Assembly (NCBI GenBank): GCA_017858735.1
Contig: JAFMBH010000007.1
Span: 7,223-71,222 of the forward strand
DNA: 64,000 bases
From: Bacteroidota bacterium
GTDB lineage: Bacteria; Bacteroidota; Bacteroidia; Chitinophagales; Saprospiraceae
Direction of reading: 5' to 3'
Part shown: piece by piece, positions 9,256 through 17,940 of the stretch
Layout: each line of letters begins with the position of its first letter
Position numbering within the stretch: position 1 is the stretch's first letter
The notes under the pieces: generated by a model
Database searches by the model: none
Seen by the model: only the letters and a program-made list of their open reading frames with translations
Told to the model about the DNA's origin: nothing
Translations under genes and position numbers: made by a program

Positions 9256-9276
9256 TTTATTTTTATATCATATTTT

Positions 9277-9284
9277 CAAAGTTA
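9277..9284 (-). promoter_or_regulatory. Candidate Bacteroidota sigma-A -7 box (TAACTTTG) for the Rpn-like gene
   Basis: The minus strand reads TAACTTTG, matching TAnnTTTG, 21 nt upstream of the ATG at 9255. I saw no clear -33 TTG. Confidence 0.3.
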
Positions 9285-9403
9285 CTCTTTTTTCTCTACA
9301 TAACGTCAGATCTCGATGTCAATCTGGGCCTAAAGAAATAGACGATTAAATAATGGAGAGGACATGTTAAAGCCAGCAACATTTAAGGTGAATCTTATCT
9401 ATT

Positions 9404-10186
9404 TTATATTTTTGGCCTGATGAAGAAAAAATCAATACACATTGGTTGAGGTGAATCGCATAATTTCATCGCTTCGATGATTGAAATAGCATCACTCAGT
9501 ACATTGTTTGAGGAGCAAAGTAGCAGGTGATGGGGTAATAACGCTTTTAAATGCTGCAAAATGAACTGGGTATTTGAAGCAAATAAAGGGATGTTTGCCT
9601 CAAAGCAAAGAAAGGGTATGTCCTGATCTATCGATTTAATAATCTCCCATTCCATCCCTTCAACATCAATTTTAATTAAATCTGGAAGACCATGTTGTTG
9701 AAAAATGTCCGTTATGGGCATCATATTTGCCTCCAGAATTTTAGAATCAGTCAATACATGTTTATGGTACCAGTCGTACACAAAGGTATTGTAGCCAGAA
9801 TGGGGGCTAATCTGGTAAAAGGGAAATGGACCTGTTTTATCCCCTAATGCCACCTGAATAAGATCCACTTTTTTGCTTTTTGTAAAACGAAATCTAAGTA
9901 TTTTAAATGCTTCTGGGTCTGGTTCTATAGCGATGACGCGCTTTGCCTTCATGTTGAGAAAATATTGAGTAGTAAAGCCTTCATTAGCACCAATGTCATA
10001 GACAAGGGTAGGTGGTTCGTCGCTGTAATATTTCCACGCTTGCTTAAAGACATGTTCTTCCCGTTTCAAATACCTGCTTAAACTCGGATGAACCTTTAGG
10101 TGTATCCAGTCTATAATGGGGTGATACCTTAATTTTCCGGGAATTATTCTTCGCAGAAAGGAAACCGTTTTTTGTTTGAAAAGCAC
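9404..10186 (-). CDS. FkbM family methyltransferase
   Basis: The 260-aa ORF has the SAM-binding region LVYDIGANEGFTTQYF...VIAIEPDP and later IKIDVEGMEWEI, as in TIGR01444-type FkbM methyltransferases. Confidence 0.8.
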   Translation of the reverse strand: MLFKQKTVSFLRRIIPGKLRYHPIIDWIHLKVHPSLSRYLKREEHVFKQAWKYYSDEPPTLVYDIGANEGFTTQYFLNMKAKRVIAIEPDPEAFKILRFRFTKSKKVDLIQVALGDKTGPFPFYQISPHSGYNTFVYDWYHKHVLTDSKILEANMMPITDIFQQHGLPDLIKIDVEGMEWEIIKSIDQDIPFLCFEANIPLFASNTQFILQHLKALLPHHLLLCSSNNVLSDAISIIEAMKLCDSPQPMCIDFFFIRPKI

Positions 10187-10200
10187 TGTTTTTCTTTTAA

Positions 10201-11955
10201 TCAGGTAGCCTGAATGTTATAAATTTTTAGCCACTTTTGAAGAGAGTATATTCTCCATGCCAAAGCTGGATATTGATGGAAAAGCTGAATAGGTTCGCGC
10301 GTTGGAAGGAAAAAATGGTTTTCCTGGGAGATAAATTCCTTTAAATCGGACAAAAAGGCTGTTTTTTCACGCTGATTTGGTTCCGGCATTTTAGCCGGAA
10401 ATCCCTTTTTGGCATAATTATTCAAGATACTTTCCGGCAAAAAATCTTCTGCTATGGCTCTTAATATCCATTTTTGTTTTCCTTGATTAATAGAATAACT
10501 TGTGGGTAATTTTCTGGCAAAGGCAAGAATCTGACTATCTAAAAAGGGAACTCTTGCTTCTATATTATTCGCCAGACTATGCCTGTCTTCTGCATGAAGT
10601 AGATAGGGTAGATTGCTGTTGAACAAGGTATTATCCCTATGATCAGAAAGTGAAATGTTTTCTTTGTGTATTCGCCCAGGCTTTTTATTTTTGAAAAACA
10701 GAAGGAGTGGTTTATATAAATCTTTTCTATTTAGAGAAGTATGAATTGCCTCGAATAACAGTTTTACATATTTTTTATTTATATATAAATCTTTCCAGTA
10801 GGATGTTAAAAAACCAGGATATCCAAGAAATAGCTCATCTGCGCCTTGACCTGATAACATTATTTTTATACCTAATTCTTTTGCAAACGTATAGATATTG
10901 AAATGATAGATTGCGTTTGGGCCGGGTGAAGGTCCTTCACTAATAGAAATTATTTTTTCATGCGTTTGTTGAAATACTTCCCATGAGGGAACAGGAATGG
11001 TGTAATAATCTGCGGTAAAGTGGTTTTTTAAAGCAGTTATTTCTTTTTTCTCCATTTCAGCATAAGAAATGGCAAGTGGAATAAATTGCGGCTGAAAGTA
11101 TTTGTACAGAGAAAAAATCAGTGAGCTATCTAACCCTCCCGACAAGGAAAAACCTAAGGGTCCGTTACCTTGAACATGGGAAAGTACTGCCTTTTCTAGG
11201 ATAAATTTTCCTTGTAAGGTTGCCTCTTTAAAAGAAAGAGCTTCGTTTTTCGACCTTGATTCGGTCGGCTTTGAATCAGCATCTTTCAAAATCTTCCAAT
11301 GAAAACGACGACCGAGGGAGTAGTTCAGTTGAATGGTACATCCCGTTGGCACCGCTTTAGCCTTTTTCCAAAATGGATCGCCCTTTATTTCTCTCTCCCC
11401 TCTGGTTAAAAAAAGAAATATTTTTTCATTGTCCACTTCATACGACCAGTCTGGAAAATGAAAAAATGATTTGGTTTCAGAGGAAAAAGCAAGGTACCCG
11501 TTTAAGTAGGCGAAGTATAAAGGTTTGATTCCTAAAGCATCCCGCCTTATCCAAACTGTTTTTTCCTGAGAATCATAAAAAATAAAAGAATACATTCCCT
11601 CCCATTCAAACAGGTTATTTAATCCAAATTGTATTAGCCAGATAAAAGCGATTTCGGTATCGGAGGAGGTATGAACGGGTATATTTTTGGCCTTTAATTT
11701 TTCGGCCAATGCTTTATAATTGTATAAAGTGCCATTAAATACAAAATGATATCTTTCTTTGAAATGCATAGGCTGGTGTCCCTCATTTTTCTCTCCAATA
11801 ATGTGAAGTCTTCTATTTGACAGACCAATATCACGGTCTATAAAAACACCCTCATCATCGGAACCCCTATGTTTTATGGCCAGATTCATGGCTAAAAGTA
11901 GGGAGGGATCAATCGATTGGCCACTCAGATGGATTAAACCGGTTATTCCGCACAT
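10201..11955 (-). CDS. Asparagine synthase (glutamine-hydrolysing) family amidotransferase, glycan-locus paralog
   Basis: The 584-aa ORF has the N-terminal nucleophile MCGITG (Cys2) and the PP-loop SLSGGLDSS. The overall length fits AsnB. It lies 14 nt upstream of the FkbM gene on the same strand. Confidence 0.88.
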   Translation of the reverse strand: MCGITGLIHLSGQSIDPSLLLAMNLAIKHRGSDDEGVFIDRDIGLSNRRLHIIGEKNEGHQPMHFKERYHFVFNGTLYNYKALAEKLKAKNIPVHTSSDTEIAFIWLIQFGLNNLFEWEGMYSFIFYDSQEKTVWIRRDALGIKPLYFAYLNGYLAFSSETKSFFHFPDWSYEVDNEKIFLFLTRGEREIKGDPFWKKAKAVPTGCTIQLNYSLGRRFHWKILKDADSKPTESRSKNEALSFKEATLQGKFILEKAVLSHVQGNGPLGFSLSGGLDSSLIFSLYKYFQPQFIPLAISYAEMEKKEITALKNHFTADYYTIPVPSWEVFQQTHEKIISISEGPSPGPNAIYHFNIYTFAKELGIKIMLSGQGADELFLGYPGFLTSYWKDLYINKKYVKLLFEAIHTSLNRKDLYKPLLLFFKNKKPGRIHKENISLSDHRDNTLFNSNLPYLLHAEDRHSLANNIEARVPFLDSQILAFARKLPTSYSINQGKQKWILRAIAEDFLPESILNNYAKKGFPAKMPEPNQREKTAFLSDLKEFISQENHFFLPTREPIQLFHQYPALAWRIYSLQKWLKIYNIQAT

Positions 11956-12022
11956 AATTTCAGTTTTTTAAATACGAAAGATGCGGCAATTGTATATGAA
12001 TGTCAAATGTCAGAAATTGCTG

Positions 12023-12030
12023 TATTTTTG
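12023..12030 (+). promoter_or_regulatory. Candidate -7 box (TATTTTTG) for the 12055..13032 gene
   Basis: TATTTTTG matches TAnnTTTG and sits 24 nt upstream of the ATG at 12055. This argues against the longer ORF start at 12007. Confidence 0.35.
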
Positions 12031-12054
12031 CGGTTTATAGTGTATTTTGTCCTT

Positions 12055-13032
12055 ATGAAAATAATAAAAGACAAGTTTGAATATATCAGGCAGTCTCTTG
12101 GTTTGCCCCTTTTCTATCAAGCGAATTGGTGGGATGCAAATTGTGGGGAAAATGGGTGGACACCCGCTGTTATCATTGATCATAACGGGGAAATAGTCGC
12201 CGTTTGGCCGCATAAATTGACCCGAAAACTAGGCGTTAATCTATTATTGCCTATCCCTTTTACTCCCTGGAATGGACCATGGCTTTTACCTTTAAAAAAT
12301 GAAAAAGAGGGAACGAGAGCGATTAGAGAGAGAAAAATTATCGCGGAACTGTCCAAAATTATATGTCTGGAAGCTGACCTTATTATTTTTCGCTGGCCAC
12401 CGCATTTTCAAAATACGCAGGTATGGAAAGAAGGGGGTTTTTTTCAATTTACTCATTTTACCCGGCAGTTTAAAAACTTAGATAGTATCCAACATATTCG
12501 TGCGCAATTTTCAGCGGACGTTGAGAACGATCTTAAAGCTGCCGAAAATATTTTTCACTTTTCGGAACAAGATGCAGTTAGTGCCAATGCCTTATTAAAT
12601 AATCAACGTTTTTTTCTCGCAGAAAAAAATATTTCATTTAAATGGGATCTTCTTACTTTCGAAAATATTCAAAAAAGTATTCGGAAATCCGGTGGAATCG
12701 ATGTATTAATTGAGGCGAAAGATGAAATGGGGCGAGTTCACGGTAGAAGCTGGACCGTCACTGATAAACATACTGCCTGGTTATTAATTCAGATTTCTGA
12801 GAAAAAAATAAGACACAGGGGAACCATGATCTGGTTAATCTGGCAAAGTATGTTATCCCTTCAAGGAAAAGTTAGTGTTTTTGATTTAGAAGGGAGTATG
12901 ATTCCGTCAGTGTCTAAAAAATATGAGGCTACCGGAGCTTCTCAGGTTCCATTACAAATGCTGATAGGGGGTAAATATGCCCTGATTTATATAGTGTATC
13001 AATTTCTAAAAAGTAAGTTTCGATTTAAGTAA
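12055..13032 (+). CDS. Hypothetical protein, possibly a FemAB/BioF2-like (GNAT-fold) acyl- or aminoacyl-transferase
   Basis: The ORF track gives 12007..13032. I prefer the internal ATG at 12055 (MKIIKDKFEYIRQ...) because a -7 box lies inside the longer version. The C-terminal half (IDVLIEAKDEMGRVHGRSWTVTD...GTMIWLIWQSM...VSVFDLEGS) resembles FemAB/Acetyltransf_6 proteins only loosely. Confidence 0.45.
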   Translation: MKIIKDKFEYIRQSLGLPLFYQANWWDANCGENGWTPAVIIDHNGEIVAVWPHKLTRKLGVNLLLPIPFTPWNGPWLLPLKNEKEGTRAIRERKIIAELSKIICLEADLIIFRWPPHFQNTQVWKEGGFFQFTHFTRQFKNLDSIQHIRAQFSADVENDLKAAENIFHFSEQDAVSANALLNNQRFFLAEKNISFKWDLLTFENIQKSIRKSGGIDVLIEAKDEMGRVHGRSWTVTDKHTAWLLIQISEKKIRHRGTMIWLIWQSMLSLQGKVSVFDLEGSMIPSVSKKYEATGASQVPLQMLIGGKYALIYIVYQFLKSKFRFK

Positions 13033-13134
13033 AATGGATTCAAAATAATTTTTTGGTATCTAAGCGGCGCGGAAAATGGCAATTTCTGTCCTTTTATGCC
13101 TTGTTAAAATAGGTGATATTGCCTAAAAATAGGA

Positions 13135-13548
13135 ATGGAACCGCTTTACATAAATAATCTTTGGAAAGGAATTATAGAATTAACGGAATTGGTATTTTCG
13201 GAGACCTATCTATTTCCATTAAATGAAAGAGCAAGCCTGTTAAGTAAGGATTTGAGAATGGACGTGTTATTTATAGCGTCTAAATTTGCAAATACCGTAG
13301 AAGGACAGGTGTCGCCTGAAAACTTGCTTCCTTTCTTCCTCATCGATGAAAGATTATCTCGAATGGAACGTAATTTATTAGATTGTTATGAAGAAAAATG
13401 GGTCGTTATTGCCAAATATTACTTCATAAAACAACTCATTGAAAGTATAAGAGGCCAGATTGTTTTTAGAATAGACCAATTTTCGATTCAGCCTTTTATA
13501 TTCCTATTTCCACTAGGTCATCAGCATTATAAATTGACAGGAATATGA
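13135..13548 (+). CDS. Hypothetical protein, weakly four-helix-bundle ('23S rRNA intervening sequence protein')-like
   Basis: In the 137-aa ORF, the pattern NNLWKGIIELTELVFSETYLFPLNERASLLSKDLRMDVLFIASKFANTVEG parallels the family pattern L.IWQK...L..EIY.LT..FP.EE.FGL.SQ.RRA..SI.SNIAEG. The resemblance is from memory only. Confidence 0.4.
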   Translation: MEPLYINNLWKGIIELTELVFSETYLFPLNERASLLSKDLRMDVLFIASKFANTVEGQVSPENLLPFFLIDERLSRMERNLLDCYEEKWVVIAKYYFIKQLIESIRGQIVFRIDQFSIQPFIFLFPLGHQHYKLTGI

Positions 13549-14678
13549 AGGTCATATATTTGAGGTTTTTCCTTCTTTTTACGTCAGCATTTATGACCGT
13601 ATGCCCTATTTTTTGCCAGCTGGCAGCCTGGAATTTTGAAAATGTATCAGGACCCATTCCAGGTTTTCCTATTTTACCTTCAGCCTTGGGCGAGGGTATT
13701 GCATCAGGAGGTGGTAGTTTAAGTGGTGCTCATAATAGTGGAAGCCCTACCACCTGCGGAAGTCCTGAAACCTGGGCTACCAATTTTTGGCCTGTTACTG
13801 CGGTAAGAAACACAGATTCTTATATGTCTTTTTTGATTACCGCTTCAGAAGGATATAGGGCAAATATTTCGGGGATTAGTTTTATGCTATCAAGGTCGTC
13901 ATCGAATTCACCCAGTGATTTTTATGTTTCAGTTTACCGTTGGGGTATCGAGACCTTTATAACATCGGGCGTTGTCCCCATTTTAGGCTGTAATAGCTTT
14001 AGTGGTACTTGTAATGTTTCAGGTACCAGCGGGAGCTCTTTAGAGGTTAGAATCTATCTTTACAGACAAAATAATGCCGCGATGGCTGCAACGATGCGCA
14101 TTGATAATGTGTCGTTATCGGGTACCACAGAAGTGGCTCTACCCGTATCACTGGGACTATTTTCAGGTCTTTGCAATGAACAAAATTTTCCTATACTAAT
14201 CTGGGAGACGCATTCAGAAAGTAAAAATCATGGATTTTGGGTGCAAGAAGCTCTTTCCGACTTAGTGTTTAAGGATGTTTTTTTTGTTACTGGCTACGGA
14301 GAAAGTCAATCGAAAAGACAATATAACTGGCAGGATTTTCGAGAAAAGCAAGGTCTCATTTACTATCGGTTAAAACAAATAGATTATGATGGCGTTTTTG
14401 CTTTTTCTAAAATTATACCAGTAAGTTGCGAGCGAGGGGAAATACTCATAACACAACAGGATAACTCAAGCATAAATATTTTTTTAGGGAATCAAACGGG
14501 ACAGTTTGAAGAATGGTCGTTATTCCACTTCGGGGGGAATAGAATTCAGAGCGGAAATATCGACATAGATAATCGACAAATAAAAATAACCTGTCCTAAC
14601 ATTAGGACAGGCATTTATATTTTATTGCTTTTAGGAAAAAAGGGTAACGTCGTTAAAAAAATAAGTTGGGTTGAATAA
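13545..14678 (+). CDS. Secreted protein with signal peptide and probable T9SS-type C-terminal domain
   Basis: The 377-aa ORF starts with an ATGA overlap on the upstream stop and has the signal peptide MKVIYLRFFLLFTSAFMTVCPIFCQ. A mid-region module LPVSLGLFSG...ILIWETHSESKNHGF...YYRLKQIDYDGVFAFSKIIPV recurs in Cytophagia/Saprospiria surface proteins. The C-terminal IRTGIYILLLLGKKGNVVKKISWVE is CTD-like. Confidence 0.6.
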   Translation: MKVIYLRFFLLFTSAFMTVCPIFCQLAAWNFENVSGPIPGFPILPSALGEGIASGGGSLSGAHNSGSPTTCGSPETWATNFWPVTAVRNTDSYMSFLITASEGYRANISGISFMLSRSSSNSPSDFYVSVYRWGIETFITSGVVPILGCNSFSGTCNVSGTSGSSLEVRIYLYRQNNAAMAATMRIDNVSLSGTTEVALPVSLGLFSGLCNEQNFPILIWETHSESKNHGFWVQEALSDLVFKDVFFVTGYGESQSKRQYNWQDFREKQGLIYYRLKQIDYDGVFAFSKIIPVSCERGEILITQQDNSSINIFLGNQTGQFEEWSLFHFGGNRIQSGNIDIDNRQIKITCPNIRTGIYILLLLGKKGNVVKKISWVE

Positions 14679-14689
14679 CCACTTTTATT

Positions 14690-14998
14690 TTATAAACTAC
14701 TGTAACCTTGAACAAGCAACGATATTTCATTATTCAGCACTTCAACGAACCCCGTAGAAATATTAAATTGTATTTGTTTTCCTACTTCATTGGCTACTTG
14801 TATGGCATTTTCGTTGGCATTCCAATAGGAAAAATCACCTTCTCCAGTCACAATCTGTACGGAACCAGTGGCAAGCGCCGCTACTAAGGGAGCATGTTGA
14901 TTAAGAATTTGAAATTTACCGTCAACACCAGGAAGTTTAGTAGAGGTAACATTTCCACGGAATATTTCCTTTTCAGGAGTAAGCACTGTTATTTTCAT
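14690..14998 (-). CDS. atpC: F0F1 ATP synthase subunit epsilon
   Basis: The 102-aa ORF lies immediately downstream of atpD. Its N-terminus MKITVLTPEKEIFRGNVTSTKLPGVDGKFQILNQHAPLVAAL is typical of epsilon subunits. Confidence 0.9.
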   Translation of the reverse strand: MKITVLTPEKEIFRGNVTSTKLPGVDGKFQILNQHAPLVAALATGSVQIVTGEGDFSYWNANENAIQVANEVGKQIQFNISTGFVEVLNNEISLLVQGYSSL

Positions 14999-15033
14999 CT
15001 TAGTGAGACGGATTAATTAAAAATTTAAACAGA

Positions 15034-16548
<1,515 letters not shown>

Positions 16549-16646
16549 TTATCTTTACAAAATTTAAATAAGTGCTTTTTAAAAATTGGCACAAAGTTAG
16601 CCTTTTTGAATTAATATTCTTATTTTTTACTTTAAATTTTTATCCA

Positions 16647-17882
16647 TTGATTGATAAAGCGGTTATTCTCGCCGGCGGGCTTGGAACTCGGTTGAAAGGT
16701 CTTTTAGGTGAATTGCCTAAACCAATGGCGCCTATTAATAAACTTCCATTCCTACATTATTTATTGAATTATTTGTCTAATCAAGGTGTCAAAGAGGTTT
16801 TTCTTTGTGTGGGTTTTCAACATGAGGTTATCATCAAGTATTTCGGAGACCATTTCAGGGACATAAAAATTTTCTATACCATAGAAAAAGAACTTTTAGG
16901 TACAGGTGGTGCCATTATGCCCGTATTGGAAAAATGGAGAGAACCATTTTTTCTCCTCAATGGAGATACTTTTTTTGAAGCTAATCTAACATCTTTTTCG
17001 GAGGCCTTTTTTAAGTTGCGTCCCCTGGCTTCTCTTTCTCTTAAACCTGTATTTAACCAGGATCGTTATGGTGCCGTTCAATTGGAAGGAGACAAAATTA
17101 CGTCTTTTACAGAGAAGAAATTCCTTGCCTCTGGGTTGATAAATGCAGGTGTCAGTATCCTCACGCCTGAAATTTTTGAAGGTAAATTACCCGGAGATGT
17201 TTTCTCCTACGAAAAGGACCTATTTGAGAAAAAGGCGGCTACTCACTTTCTACATGGCTTTGTGCAGGATGAATATTTTATAGATATCGGCATTCCCGAA
17301 GATTATGAAAGGGCTCAAAGGGAAATTCCCATGCGATTTTTCACCCAGACCCACTTAGCTAAATTTCTTTTTTTAGATAGAGATGGGGTCATAAATAAAC
17401 ATCTGCCAGGTGATTATGTCAAAAATGTTGATCAATTCGAATTTTTACCAGGGGTGTTAGAGGCTATCGTAAAATTTAACCAGTTCTTTTCCAGGATAGT
17501 CATTGTTACCAATCAACAGGGTATTGGAAAAAATCTATACTCAGAGAAGGATCTTAATGAAGTGCATCAATTTATGACTACCAAAATAAAAGAGGCAGGT
17601 GGATCCATAACTACCATTTATTTTTGCCCTTCTTTAGAAAAAGAAAATCCTATTTGTCGAAAACCCAATGTGGGTATGGGACTACAAGCTCAAAGTGATT
17701 TTCCTGATATTGATTTCAAACAATCTGTCATGATTGGTGACTCCATGTCTGATATGCAGTTTGGAAGAAATCTTGGGATGTTTACTATATGGATTTCTTC
17801 AGATGAAGACAAGAAATTTAATCCTGAACTGGTTGATTTAAGAATGGATGGTTTGAAGGAGGTAGCTAATTTACTTCAATAA
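16647..17882 (+). CDS. Bifunctional sugar-1-phosphate nucleotidyltransferase (HddC-like) / D,D-heptose 1,7-bisphosphate phosphatase (GmhB-like HAD-IIIA) fusion
   Basis: The N-terminal domain has KAVILAGGLGTRL...LPKPMAPI...LGTGGAI...LLNGDTFF. The C-terminal domain has FLDRDGVIN...VTNQQGIG...CRKPNVGM...IGDSMSDM. The listed ORF starts at GTG 16572, but its first 25 codons look like translated AT-rich spacer. TTG at 16647 (MIDKAVILAGG) fits the family N-terminus, though the start remains uncertain. Confidence 0.82.
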   Translation: MIDKAVILAGGLGTRLKGLLGELPKPMAPINKLPFLHYLLNYLSNQGVKEVFLCVGFQHEVIIKYFGDHFRDIKIFYTIEKELLGTGGAIMPVLEKWREPFFLLNGDTFFEANLTSFSEAFFKLRPLASLSLKPVFNQDRYGAVQLEGDKITSFTEKKFLASGLINAGVSILTPEIFEGKLPGDVFSYEKDLFEKKAATHFLHGFVQDEYFIDIGIPEDYERAQREIPMRFFTQTHLAKFLFLDRDGVINKHLPGDYVKNVDQFEFLPGVLEAIVKFNQFFSRIVIVTNQQGIGKNLYSEKDLNEVHQFMTTKIKEAGGSITTIYFCPSLEKENPICRKPNVGMGLQAQSDFPDIDFKQSVMIGDSMSDMQFGRNLGMFTIWISSDEDKKFNPELVDLRMDGLKEVANLLQ

Positions 17883-17910
17883 AAAAGAGGCTATCTTTTT
17901 AGACAGCCTC
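17881..17910 (-). terminator. Rho-independent terminator downstream of the blaR1-like gene (possibly bidirectional)
   Basis: The stem gaggctatc (17887-17895) pairs with gacagcctc (17902-17910) over 9 bp with one mismatch, with a 6-nt loop. On the minus strand the hairpin is followed by TTTTTT (17881-17886). It lies between convergent genes ending at 17882 and 17941. Confidence 0.6.
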
Positions 17911-17940
17911 CCCAGCAAAAATATTTATAAACTTAACACA

